A stretch of 63,290 nt of DNA, counting the filler, from Octopus bimaculoides (taxonomy: Eukaryota): NCBI RefSeq assembly GCF_001194135.2. It is 5 parts of 5 records of this genome, joined end to end, with 100 filler letters (N's around TTAATTAATTAA, not from the genome) between each part and the next. Parts side by side here need not be neighbours in the genome. Positions count along the whole stretch, not along the records: positions 20,954 to 32,160 come from NC_068995.1; positions 32,261 to 48,423 come from NC_068999.1; 3 more parts are not named here. One strand, given 5' to 3'. Numbering within the stretch: the first letter of the stretch is position 1; the number at the start of each line of letters is the position of its first letter. Positions 24,966 to 37,411 of the stretch are shown in pieces. Both the position numbers and the translations under genes were made by a program. The notes under the pieces were generated by a model that searched no databases, had not been told where the DNA came from, and worked only from the letters and a program-made list of their open reading frames with translations.

Positions 24966-25779
24966 TGGGGAACCCCTCCAACTCACTCAGTTATCACTCC
25001 ATTATTTTTAGGCCCAACATTTTTAAGATAATGGACACAGCTATTAACAATAATATTCTTCAAATACTTGAATCTCTTTCTCTCTCTCTTTTCTCTCTTT
25101 GTCTTTGTCTTTTCAGTGACCACCAGCACAGCTTATGAGAATTTCCGTGAAAGCAATGTTGTTCTAAGTATCAATAAATTTTTCCACCGTGTCTCATCTC
25201 AAAAGTCCCTATTTGCAAGCTTCATCGATCTTTCATCTCTTGAATTGGTAGCTTTCTATCAAATTACATAATTGAGGTATATGTTGACAGAACTCTTTTT
25301 CCCCGTTCTCAATCAACTCAGTTGTTCTCCAGCGTTGGGCTTTGTCTCACTCTCTTCCTTTTATATGTCAATGACTTATTGTCTGCCATTTCCAACAACG
25401 ACCATACACTACACAAGACATGACACTTCATTCCTCCCTAACTTTACCCATCAATGCATCAGCCACATGTAGCCTAGGTACCATACGCTAAACCGGAATA
25501 GATTCCGTAAAAAGAGACCTTGAGGGTACCCTCCAGTGGGGTCATGTCAACCTTGTCTCTTAACAGCAAAATGACTCAAGCAATACTCATATGCCACCGC
25601 ACCACACGCACTCAAAACATGACCAACACTCAACTAGATCTCTCGCAACCGCTCCAAATATAACCGAGGTTCTTTCCTTGCGAAAATATATTATTAACAC
25701 AACTAGAATTGCATCCCAAAGTGTTGTGGCGAACACCTCCAAGTGAGAAGTGGGCTGTTCCACTACTGATAAAAAGTGG

Positions 25780-27511
25780 GCAGACCGCGAGGTATTTTTG
25801 TTGGTTTTAAATCATTTTTGATTCTGGTTGACGTAAGTCATGTTATACTTTGTTGTATCTTTGTTGAAGGTTCTCTCTGCGCGGGTGAACCATGTTTTGC
25901 TGAATTTGTTAAATACTGTTGCTGTTTTTGCCTGCGGGCCTGTTAAATTTTGTGTTTGTCTTCTTCCCCATTTTGGGGCAAAGTAAATGAAAAAGGAAAA
26001 AATAGTGTGAACCAGTTCCAGTACATGCAGGGAGTTATGCTTCAGCAGCTGGGAAAGGTGCAGATTCGCTAGAAGTGCGAGAAATAAAAATTGAACAGAA
26101 GAAGCTGAAGGAACACTACAAGCTGATTCAGAAGGAGGGATCCAGTTAAAAGCTGATCCCTCCACAAGAGGTGACAGCAAGTACCAAGAAAAGAACAGTG
26201 GTGTACAGAATTCTATCGACAGTCACAAAGAAAATAAAGATAGTTACGGAAGAAGCAATTGAAGAATATCTGAAGGAAATTAAGCACCTGACAACATTCT
26301 ATACAAGAGGCAGAAAACACGGCACAGTGGAGGTGAGATTTGCCAATGAACAGGAGGCATTAAATCACTCCACTGTGACGCTGAAGACGGAAAAATGGGT
26401 ACTTCTACCCACTCCGGCAAAAGGCTGCCCGAGTGAGAATAGGTAGAGTGCCACCAGAAATAAAAGAAGCTTGGTGGCAGCCATGATGCACAAAACTGAG
26501 GAAGACGCCAAAATTCTAAAGGTGACAAGGACAAAGAAAGTAAATTGGTGGGAATACTGACTAGAAATGGTCATCCACGTCGGACAACAAGATCTAAATG
26601 AAATTGCTGAAGAAATAATACTACCGGAGGACATAAAGTTGAGAGTGGTGGTAGAAGGAAGGCCACCAACTTGCTATCAATGCGGCTAAAAAGGACATAG
26701 AATAAAGTGTCCCCAGAGAGAAAATAAAAACGAGGAAAGCCAACAGGAGCAGAATGCCGAAGTGGCGGATACGAAAGTGGAAGAATCATTTACGGAGGTA
26801 ACTAAAAGAAAAAGAAAAGAAAAGAACTAGTGAACTCACCTCCGAAGAGTCCAAGAAAGAAAAAGAAGGAGGGTGAAATAGAATGTACACATTTTTTACT
26901 ACATGAATCTCCAGCAGCATCAACAACGAAAGAAAAAGAAAAGGAAACCATCACAGACAACCAAATTCCACCGCAGGAGCGAACAGTGAAAAGACCTGGA
27001 AAAAACAAATGGCATATGGTAACATTTGCAAAAAACACAGATATAGAAAGGAAAATCACCAAATTTAAATCGGTGATAAGAGTTAAATTACCAATGGAAC
27101 ATTACCCAGAAAGTACAAAAGACATAGTAATAGACAGAGAGAGATGAAAAATTAAAGGAATGGTTTGGAAACAAGGTGGACCCAATGGGAGTGAAGGTAG
27201 TGTTTGACGACCTACCGCCAGTTATAGATTACGACGACTTGTTGCCAGATATAAAACGGTAGAGCGTGAATAAGCTTTTAAATTTTTTTATAGACTACAC
27301 ATACGATACTAGAAGGAAAAAAAATGGGGGAAAAAAAGAAGGAAAATGATGGTACTGCTTGAGAATGGGGTTCAAGCAGCCATTATATCCTCATTTAATT
27401 ATTATCTATCTCTCATTCATTCGTTTTATGTTTTTTGTCCTCACTGTGGTGTTCTGTCTGTCCTTGTGCCGCCCCCTTCTGTATCATGGCCTATGTGCCA
27501 AATAAAGAAAT
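25780..27511 (+). mobile_element. L1/Tx1-type unit 1: ORF1-only, degraded
   Basis: T-rich 5' leader, ORF1 relic, about 240 bp 3' region ending TGTGCCAAATAAAGAAAT; no EN/RT motifs seen. Boundaries inferred. Confidence 0.6.
25987..27262 (+). pseudogene. Gag-like ORF1 (RRM-like region + CCHC zinc knuckle), frameshifted
   Basis: RTVVYR...TFYTRGRKHGTVEVRF...VLLPT...RVPPEIK...LRVVVEGRPPTCYQCG*KGHRIKCP; homologous to ORF1 of unit 2. Confidence 0.75.
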
Positions 27512-27668
27512 GCAGTCACCGAGGTATGCGAATAGTGTCGTACGAGCAGCAAGTTCATTTGAACGAAAAGTGCTTTGTTGGTTTTCCTTTTCAAAGGTAT
27601 TGTTGAATTATTGTTGTTTGAATTGTTTACCTTGTTAAACTATAGCCTGCTTGGCAGGTGTTGTTTTT

Positions 27669-28045
27669 GAACTTGCGTTCCTTCCCCCTACGGGGGAGGG
27701 GGAGGAAGATTGTAATATTTACTATAGTTGTGAATTATGGTCTGTTTTGGACAATTTTTTATCGAACTGTGTTCCTTCCCCAGACACGGAAAGGATTTGA
27801 AGTGTTTGTTGTGTTTCTCTTACGAGAGAACATTTTTTCTTTTGAATTACACTTTTGCGAACTGTTTTCATTAAACTGTGTTCCTCCCCCACGGTGGAAG
27901 GATTTGAATTGTTTACTCTTTTGCCTCTCCGACGAGAGACAATTTTCTTTTCCAAAAGTTTTCTTTTTCACTGAATTACACATTTGTGAACTGTTTTAGT
28001 TTAAAACTGTGTTCCTCTCCCGACGGGGAAGGATTTGAAACTATT
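27669..28045 (+). repeat. Degenerate tandem monomers (~110-130 bp) in unit 2 leader
   Basis: AACTGTGTTCCT(T/C)..CC...GG(A)AAGGATTTGAA recurs at 27764, 27873 and 28003, with a related copy at 27669. Confidence 0.85.
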
Positions 28046-28199
28046 TTGGAGGATCACCTACAAAAAAAAAAAAAACAACTTTGTTCTTTTCTCTCTGAAA
28101 GAGAAAATTTTTGATTATTTTCTACCATGTCGGTAGAAATTATCAAGGAAAAAATGCCGCTCTTTGAGAGCGAAGATGCACCACAGGAAGAGATGGAAG

Positions 28200-29585
28200 T
28201 ATGAAATATAACAAAAGGATTCGCGGCAGAAATAAAAACAGAAATAATAGAAATACCACGCGCAGAATTACAGTCATACTTCGGCATGTTAAAAGTAAGC
28301 GGGGCAACATCCAAATCTCTCCCCGTGACGATATAACCAAACAAACTATGAGGAAAACTATTATATATAGAAGTTACGACGCAGAAAACCGCAAAATGGA
28401 AAAAATATGTCACTTGAGAAAATAGAAAAATGCCTCGGGCCCTTTTGGAGAGATGTCTTCTACGTGGCCCGAGGAAAAAATACGCCACTATAGAGGTAAG
28501 GCTCCTCAGCATAGAGAAAGCCCGCGAGCACTCTGTGCTAACGTTAGAAACAGATGAGGTAGTACTTCTGCCAACCTGTCTAGGACGAAGGGGCGTCCCG
28601 GATTAAAATTACAGAAATGCCACCAGAAATTGATGTCGTCTGGGTAATAGCTGCCCTTTGTTATAACCGGGAAGACAAAGTGAGTATTTTACAGATCACA
28701 CGCTCCACTTCCCAAAACTGGCTTGGGAAGAGCGTGGAGGTGTTAATACAGGCAGCCCAATATGACCTAGAGGAAATGCCGGAAAGAGTGCTTGTAGGTG
28801 AAGATGTCGCTCTACGGATACAGGACGAGGGAAGAAAACCTCGATGTTTTAAATGCGGTCAGAAGGGTCACATAAGGGCCAAATGTGGCCATTCTAACAT
28901 AGAGGAACCCCAATCGGAAACCAGCACCACAGAGAATGAGGAAGCGAAAAAAAACAAAAAAGAAAAGTTACCCCCACCCCACATCTACACAAGTACCCAA
29001 AACTAAACCCACACAAGTACCCAAAAACACACCCACACCTACACACATACTTGCATCCACACATGTACCAGTAATGAATTCTAAACTCACACACGCACAT
29101 GCACCGGCACCTACATTACCCAAAGGCAAAATTCTTCTTCCTGGCGACAACAAGGAGATAGAAGACTAGGAGTGAGGACCCGAAGTGAGTACCCGAAAGA
29201 GAGCAAAAAGATGCATTCTGACTACCCATCTTACAATCCCATCCCACCCCCAAAACCCACTCCCACTACACACACAGAAANNNNNNNNNNNNNNNNNNNN
29301 NNNNNNNNNNNNNNNNNNNNNNNNNNNACCTTAAAAATCAATACATATATACCATAATCTCATTACACCATACGGCAAAGATGTACCCAGAACAAAAGGA
29401 CTTACCCATGAGATTCGCTAAAACATCCGAGACTGTTTAGACAACTAAAAGAAGGGCATCCGGTCGACATCCAACAGATAGTAGAGGTACCAAAACAACT
29501 AAAGACACACCAAAAAAGGAAAACCAACGAGAGAGGGGTCCTCAGAAAGACCAAGGTCGACCCTTACCGCCCCGAAAAAAGGTAG
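28200..29585 (+). pseudogene. Unit 2 ORF1 (CCHC knuckle), frameshifted, contains small gap
   Basis: KTIIYR...VFYVARGK..ATIEVRL...VVLLPT...MPPEIDVVW...EGRKPRCFKCGQKGHIRAKC. Confidence 0.8.
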
Positions 29586-29603
29586 GAACCTTTTTATTTT
29601 TCA

Positions 29604-31220
29604 ATGGCTTCACTTAAACTTTGTTGTTTCAATGTACGTGATCTGAGCTCGAAGTGGAAGCAATTTTGCTTTCTCAACGATCTAAGGTTACAAGATATAG
29701 ATGTGAAGGTTGCTACAGGGATCAAGCTGGACAAGCTACAAGCCTTCTCGCCTCTCTTGAATGGCTATGAGAAAATCATGTCCCCTAGCCAGACCGGAGG
29801 TCGAAGAGGCGTAGTGGTTCTGCTCCGAAAAAGCTTGGATCTGCAGACAAGTACAATCTTTATAGATTCTGAAGGTGGGCTGGTCGTCTTTGACTTGACA
29901 TACAGCAATAAAGCTTTCAGATTGGTCGGAATTTATGCACCGGATGTAAAAAGTATACAGACTGATTTCTGTCGGTGCCTCGGGGGTTTTCTCTTGACGT
30001 CCAAGGCATTAATTGTGTTAGAAGACTACCACGCCATCTTGGATGCACGTCTGGATAACGGTGGCTCGACTGGTGGCTGAACCATGGTAAGGCCCTTCAG
30101 GACTTCCTGGCTGGTGGGCCGCGTCTCTCGGAACGAGAGGCTGTGAGCTGTGAAGGACCGATCACAGCTGCGGGTGTTGTCGAGGTGCTCTCCGAGTGCC
30201 CCGGGGACAAATCGTCAGGACTTGATGGTCTGCCCTATGAGTTTTATAAAAGCATGTCAGACTTGTTCGGGAATCTACTGACCAGCGTCTATGCCAACTG
30301 GCAGCAGAATGGGAGAATTCCCAAAGCTGCAAGTCGGGGGTGGTGACGCTGATAAGAAAGGACCCGAGCAAGGAGGATATCGTAAGTAATTTTAGGCCCA
30401 TAACTCTGCTAAATACAGAGTTAAAGATTTTGGCCAAAGCGGTTGGCGCGGGTCGTGGAAAGCCTTGTTGGTGAAGCGCAAACTTGCGCTATCTCAGGCA
30501 ACTCGATACACTTCAATCTCCACTTCATACGCTACTCCTTAGAGAGGGTGGGTAAAAATCTCTGGCAAAGGTGGGGCACTGGTGCATTTAGACCAGTCTA
30601 AAGCATTTGATAGGGTCGACCATCAGTATCTGGCAGTGGTTCTTGAGGTGGTCTGGCTAGGCCCGACTTTCTGTGGCTGGATCGCTGCTTTGTATAGCAA
30701 GATCGAGTCTGTCGTCTGGGTGAACCGTTTCTTCGCGAAACCGTTCAATATTGAGCGCTCAGTTCGCCAGGGATGTTCCCTGCCTCCGCTTTTGCATGTG
30801 CTGGCTCTTGAGCCAATACTGCGAAGGGTGGAGGCGGTAGGGGGTGCTTCGCATGATCTATGGGGCGGAAGAACAACTACTGCGTACGCGGATGACATCA
30901 CCATCATCGTCTCCCATGAAGGGCAGCTACCTAGTGTAGAAAACGACATCAAAGGATACGAAGGAGCAGTAATTAATCAGGACAAGTCAGTCGGCTTGCA
31001 ACTCGGCACCTGGAGGGGCAAGTCGATGCCATCCAATAACGTCGTGGGACGTTGAACGGAAGGTCCGATTAAGGTGCTAGGGGGTCTAGTTCGGTCCAGA
31101 CCTTCAGATAAAGAAGAATTGGAGCAAGGTTACAGGCAGAATGACTGCCTTAACCCAGACCTGGTTTGGATGGGCGTTATCCCTGCTAGGAAGGGCAGAG
31201 GTGGCACGGGTGTTTATAGC
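29604..31220 (+). pseudogene. Unit 2 ORF2: APE endonuclease + reverse transcriptase, internal deletion near 30.08 kb
   Basis: MASLKLCCFNVRDL, GVVVLL, RLVGIYAP (APE); KSSGLDGLPYEFY, FRPITLLNTELKILAK, LDQSKAFDRVDH, VRQGCSL, AYADDIT, LSLLGRAEV (L1/Tx1 RT). Confidence 0.95.
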
Positions 31221-31228
31221 ATATACGC

Positions 31229-31362
31229 TAGGCTTCTTTCAGTTTCCGTCTACGATATCCACTCAAAGCTTTGGTCGGCTGCAGGCTATAGTAGAAGACA
31301 CTTGCCCAAAATGCCACGCAGTAGGAGTGAACTCGGAACCATGTGATTGGGAAGCGTGCTTC
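31229..31362 (-). mobile_element. SINE family B head abutting the truncated ORF2
   Basis: GGCTTCTTTCAGTTTCCGTCTAC...GAAGACACTTGCCCAA...GAACCATGTG.TTGGGAAGC. Confidence 0.9.
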
Positions 31363-31552
31363 TTAATTTTGTTTTTAATATTAAACTCAACTCGAACCAT
31401 TTTTGGATGTGTTGCATGCAGCATTCTTGGACCAACTGAAGATTATCAACATCTTTTTAAAAAAATTATCGAAAATACAGAAAATTCATAAGATTATTTC
31501 TTTTCTTGGTGGCTTCTCATAAACTTGGAAAAGATCGGATATAGCTGCTTGT

Positions 31553-31588
<36 letters not shown>

Positions 31589-32018
31589 ATGTGTTGTGTG
31601 TGTGTGTGTGTATGGGTAAGTAGAAACGTACATTTAAAGGTTATGAATTTATTTTGTACGATTCATTTTTACATAACAACATGAAATTATGTGTGTTAGG
31701 TCATAGATATAGAGTTATCGTAAAGGCATAGACTCACACACACACTCACACACACACACACACACACACACACTTATACACATGCATACATACATACATA
31801 CATACATACATACATACATGTGCATACACACATATTTACGTACGCAGTAGGTGTTTGGCAGAGAATGAAAAAATAGTGTTAAATTATCATTTGTTTTTTT
31901 TTCACCCCTCCCCATCAACAAAGTTTCTAAATAACATCTCATTAGATTTGTGTGTTTGTATGTTTGGGAGTGGTTGTGTATGTGTGTGTATATGTGTGTG
32001 TGTATATGTATATTTATA

Positions 32019-32088
<70 letters not shown>

Positions 32089-32160
32089 TGTTTGTGTTTA
32101 TATGCATGCATATGTATAGACACATATATGTATATATATATGTGTATATATATATATATA

Positions 32161-32260
32161 NNNNNNNNNNNNNNNNNNNNNNNNNNNNNNNNNNNNNNNN
32201 NNNNTTAATTAATTAANNNNNNNNNNNNNNNNNNNNNNNNNNNNNNNNNNNNNNNNNNNN
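32161..32260. other. Synthetic scaffold-join marker
   Basis: 44 N + TTAATTAATTAA (32205-32216) + 44 N. Confidence 0.95.
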
Positions 32261-32379
32261 TCATGGACAAACAAGAGGGGTCCAACAGGAATGAAAATAA
32301 AATTATAAACAAAATTCAAAATTTATGCACTTTTAACATATATTAAACATGATAAACATAAATAAAAGTGAGTTTTAAA

Positions 32380-32430
32380 AAAATGCATCCGATTTCACTC
32401 AAATCATCATTAATTCTGGAACACCCTGTA
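32380..32430. mobile_element. Probable Tc1/mariner-type terminus
   Basis: Ends TCTGGAACACCCTG|TA (reverse complement TA-CAGGGTGTTCCAGA); partner end not found. Confidence 0.45.
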
Positions 32431-33478
32431 TTTATTCGTCCGACTAAATGGGGGAGGGAACACGGGGGGGGGAGACTAATTGGAGGTGATGATCGTAGCT
32501 TCTGGATGCGGTCACGCCCGTTTTCTTCTCCCATGTAATATAATTGGACATCGTCGACAATGACGGAGGAACAGTATTATTGTCCGAATATAGCAGCTGC
32601 AGAGTGCACATATAAAACCAGTAAAACGATGAGACAAAGACTCCAAGAGATGCACTTTTGTAACACGATCTAACGACCGTGTGTCGAGAATGGTTTTTAT
32701 GCATCACCAAAACATATTCTTTAGCAACGTGTTATGGTAAGAACTCGATACTTTGTAATTCTTCATTATCATTCCTACATTCACAGCCATACATATTCAT
32801 ATACAAACATACATATATGTGCATACAAATACATACGCGCACACATATATGCATATGTATGTATGCATGTATGTATGTATGTATACTGGCTTGCTCGCTT
32901 AGCCAGCAGGATAGCATCATTCGAATGCTAAAACAGTGCAAAGCGCATTGTGTTTAGTGATGTATAACAACATACGATAGTCTGGTCGATCACGTGATCA
33001 TACATACATACATATGTATGCACACTCACACACACACATATATATATATGTGTGTGTGTAAGTGTCAATGCCTCTTTCTCTTTAAATAAGGTTAGCAATT
33101 CTCAACGAATTTTTACCGAATTTCTCTAAGAAACCCAGATCTAACCCAAATAATGCAAGAGCAAAAATATACCGACTTCGAGGCCCTCTTGGGGTAAAAC
33201 AGGAAGAGTCAAGAAAAGAGAAGTAGAGGGAGTGAAAGTTGTAAAGGGGTTGCAGTGGAATAGGAGTGTCAGTGAGAGGTACAGAAGTGTTGTTAGTTTG
33301 TCGCATCAAACTGTTTTTCTTTCTCCTTCAGTCATTTTTTTAGTCTCTCTCCTACGTGCACACACTTTCTCACACTTCTCTCTCTCTCTCCCTCTCTCCC
33401 GTTTTTCTTTCTCTCTATGTATGTATGTATATATACATAAATAATATATATATAAATGCATATATATGTGTATATCTA

Positions 33479-33509
<31 letters not shown>

Positions 33510-33800
33510 ATATATATATATATATATATATGCATTTANNNNNNNNNNNNNNNNNNNNNNNNNNNNNNNNNNNNNNNNNNNNNNNNNNNNNNNNNNNNNN
33601 NNNNNNNNNNNNNNNNNNNNNNNNNNNNNNNNNNNNNNNNNNNNNNNNNNNNNNNNNNNNNNNNNNNNNNNNNNNNNNNNNNNNNNNNNNNNNNNNNNNN
33701 NNNNNNNNNNNNNNNNNNNNNNNNNNNNNNNNNNNNNNNNNNNNNNNNNNNNNNNNNNNNNNNNNNNNNNNNNNNNNNNNNNNNNNNNNNNNNNNNNNNN

Positions 33801-34200
33801 GTTGTCATGGCGATACCTGCTCAGAAGTCGACGCAAAGTTACAGAAAGTTTACGGAGAGGAGTGTATGAGCCGGACAAAAGTGTATGAGTGGTTCAGACG
33901 TTTCCAAGAAACGTTGATATTGACAAACGGTCTGGGAGACCCGCAACCAGTAGAACTGGGAAAAACATCGCAGGTGTGCGTGCAGCTATGAGGGTAAATC
34001 TTCGAATCACCATCTGTGAGTTATCAGAGGATGTGCAGATTAGTTACGGTTCAGTTCAATTCCTTATCACTAAAGATTTGGGTATGAGACGCGAGTCTGC
34101 TAAGTTTGTGCCAAAACTGCTTTCAGCTGACCAAACAAGACACTCGGGTTTCCAGTTGCACAAGATCTCCTTGATTGTGTCGAGAACGATGGAAACATTT
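33801..34200 (+). pseudogene. Mariner transposase N-terminal (HTH) fragment
   Basis: KLQKVYGEECMSRTKVYEWFRRF, DKRSGRPATS, ISYGSVQFLITKDLGMRRESAKFVPKLLS; frameshifted, 5' part in gap. Confidence 0.92.
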
Positions 34201-35974
34201 TCCTTCAGCAAAGTTATGGAGGAATGGCATGTAGTATTATCTTCACAGCAGTGGATGTACATGTTGTTAGAGTTGGCAATCAGTATGTTTGCGTTTTATC
34301 TTAAAGATCCAAAAGTAAATACTTCTTCCAAGTCCTTCGCCCCTAATATAGCCATCCCCAGAACCTTTCACTTCGTTTTCTTCCTACAGACACCGATAAA
34401 GTGGTATTTAAGATGAACATCAACCGCATTAATCTCACCAGACTGGGATGATCTGTAGAGGCCAAGGGCACTCCTCAAACTCGCTTGACTTTCTCTGTTT
34501 CCTAAAAACAGTCTCGTGGCTGAAAACGAGGGAAAGAGGAAGAATACCGATAGGGTGAAAACGATAACAGTGTGAAGTGGATTGAGGTAGATTAAGGATT
34601 GAGGTGGATTACGATGAAATAAATATATACGTCTTTATGGAGTACATAACTTTAAATGATGTTAGCCATTTTCTTAATAAAATTAATTAAACTTTAATTT
34701 CGCTTCCAATTAACAGGAAAATATTAGAAATATTTCTGATTGTCGTTCATTTTTGATCAGGTATCAGTTATTGTTGTTGATTGGCGGCAGATCAATACTA
34801 ACCGAACTGGTCTATGATAAAAACCATTCCAACTACGACCATTCATTATTTCATGGCTTTTAAAGGACACATTCCTCGGCTTTACATAATGTCGATATAA
34901 CTGTTATTTCTAGCTGACTGAAAGCCCACACAATGAGGGTGTTGTTGACTCAGGGAACATAAAATATATATTTTATAGAAATTAGTTAATTATTTTGATT
35001 TGTGAGATTTTTTTTAATACTCAAATTACTATGAAAACATCTGCGTGGCAACGTTAGAAATTACAAGTTAACTTAGTGTAAATAAAATAATTATGAATGC
35101 ATTTGTCAGTGCTGACACCTGCTGACTTCAACTATTTATACAAGTGCTTCCTATATTTATATATTGTAGCAGAAGGAAACAAATAATAAAGTTTGGAAGC
35201 GCAGTTATTAGAGTAGCAGAAGCCGTCGAGTTATATCCAATATGTATGTATTTTTTTTTATTTATTTCGATGTCTTAGAAGAGCAGAGGACATTTTTACG
35301 GCCTCAAGTCTGGTGGGATAAAGAGGCGAATTTATTCTCAAATTGAAATCTGACACCCCTACCAACCCAATACTCACAACTGTGTGGACTCTGTTAAAGA
35401 CGGTCAATGATCGGGTGGTGATGCTAAACCGGAAACGGATTAATTTTATCATCTAAGAGCAAGTAACGCTAACAGACTTTCACACGATTTCAGTCAGTCA
35501 AATTTTACTGACAATAATTCTTTTTTATAACGTTCGATTACACCAACTCCCTTAGTGAACCTGTAGTGACCTTCATTGATTGCGTTGCACGGTGATCGTT
35601 ATAAGCTTTAAGCTTATATAGATACCATTATTATTATTATTTACAGGATAGTAAAACTCGGCACCATATAGCAAAACCATTCTCTTGCAATTTTCACTAG
35701 ATATATCCATCAACACAAGTTCATCTTATCCAAATGGAACCGTTATGATTACAACAAATTTCTCCTAACCAGCCCTCCAAATGCACACTAAACTTCCACT
35801 GTGAATTTTGCACAATATAACTGTTTCAATGCACACGCATAACGCACACATTACTTTAGTAAACTAACGCCTTATTCACGATTTTGTGTATCTCAATACT
35901 CCGCCGCTACTAAAGACCAATACGCACTCAATAACAATCAGTTGAGCATGTCCCTTAGTAGCTGACGATATGTG

Positions 35975-36332
35975 CATCTCTGATCACGAGCAGAAGTAGT
36001 GGGGGAACATCATAGCCATGTGTTGAGAGGAATTCTTTGGGGTTTGGATAATTCGCCTCTGGAAACATGGGTGTTTCGTTCAATATCCTTAAACAACCCT
36101 TATTCAGGGACCTTTTGAGCGGAATGGACGATTCGACCTGATGAAAATTCTAACTGGGCCCCACCTGCAAGGTCATGCACTGTTTATCTTGATATGAGAT
36201 CAGTATGTCACGCACATGTGGTTGTGATGCATGTGCCGGGTGCACCCTTATCAGACGGGTAGTCNNNNNNNNNNTGGGCTTCGTATGTTTTACTCCAAAG
36301 TCACTTTGATGGCATTCACCGCTCTCTCACTC

Positions 36333-36395
<63 letters not shown>
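35975..36395 (+). mobile_element. Unclassified interspersed repeat ending in (AAT)n
   Basis: Higher-complexity block followed by a 60-bp AAT tail; resembles an abundant octopus repeat from memory only, single copy here. Confidence 0.4.
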
Positions 36396-36469
36396 TTCTT
36401 TATCAATCACAAAGGCTTTACAATAAGGAAAATATTATGGACAGTATAAGACAAAACAAAGAATGTGTG

Positions 36470-36656
36470 TGCGTGTGTGTGTGTGAGTGTGTGTGTATGT
36501 GTGTATGCGTGTATGTGTGTATGTGTGTATGTGTGTATGTGTGTATGTGTGTGAGTGTGTGTTGTATGTGTGTGCGTGTATGTGTGTATGCGTGTATGTG
36601 TGTATGTGTGTATGTGTGTATGCGTGTATGTGTGTGAGTGTGTGTTGTATGTGTGT
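36470..36656. repeat. (GTGTATGT)n-type minisatellite running into gap
   Basis: 8-bp units with a repeated GTGAGTGTGTGTTGTATG interruption. Confidence 0.85.
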
Positions 36657-37291
36657 NNNNNNNNNNNNNNNNNNNNNNNNNNNNNNNNNNNNNNNNNNNN
36701 NNNNNNNNNNNNNNNNNNNNNNNNNNNNNNNNNNNNNNNNNNNNNNNNNNNNNNNNNNNNNNNNNNNNNNNNNNNNNNNNNNNNNNNNNNNNNNNNNNNN
36801 NNNNNNNNNNNNNNNNNNNNNNNNNNNNNNNNNNNNNNNNNNNNNNNNNNNNNNNNNNNNNNNNNNNNNNNNNNNNNNNNNNNNNNNNNNNNNNNNNNNN
36901 NNNNNNNNNNNNNNNNNNNNNNNNNNNNNNNNNNNNNNNNNNNNNNNNNNNNNNNNNNNNNNNNNNNNNNNNNNNNNNNNNNNNNNNNNNNNNNNNNNNN
37001 NNNNNNNNNNNNNNNNNNNNNNNNNNTGTGCGTGTGTGTGTGCGTGTGTGTTGTAGGGATGATATTCAATAATAAAAAACTGTGCTGCGTATTTCCTAAG
37101 AAAAAAAAAAACCCATCCATTTAAATGTTTGGGTTGCATTTAAATGCAAGCATTTCTCTGCTGCGCTCGCCACTTCCACAAGTCAAGCCTTCAGTTGTAT
37201 TTCAACATCTCTTAACCTTCACTTGCCCTACGGTGCTGGGTGTGTACTTGTAAGTGACTGCATCAAACATGCAGATTAAAAGTAGATAACC

Positions 37292-37292
<1 letters not shown>

Positions 37293-37340
<48 letters not shown>

Positions 37341-37341
37341 C

Positions 37342-37411
<70 letters not shown>
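37293..37411. repeat. (TAA)n microsatellite
   Basis: Direct read. Confidence 0.95.

Larger units (their letters stand above)
27512..31228 (+). mobile_element. L1/Tx1-clade non-LTR retrotransposon, unit 2 (5' UTR, ORF1, ORF2), decayed and 3'-truncated
   Basis: ORF1 zinc knuckle, APE endonuclease and RT collinear; ends at a family B SINE at 31229. Confidence 0.85.

Noticed and set aside
32570-32660. YYCPN...TYKTSKTMRQRLQEMH resembling a GIY-YIG T..R..EH motif
   Set aside because: No GIY/YIG residues or adjacent RT; similarity too short to support.
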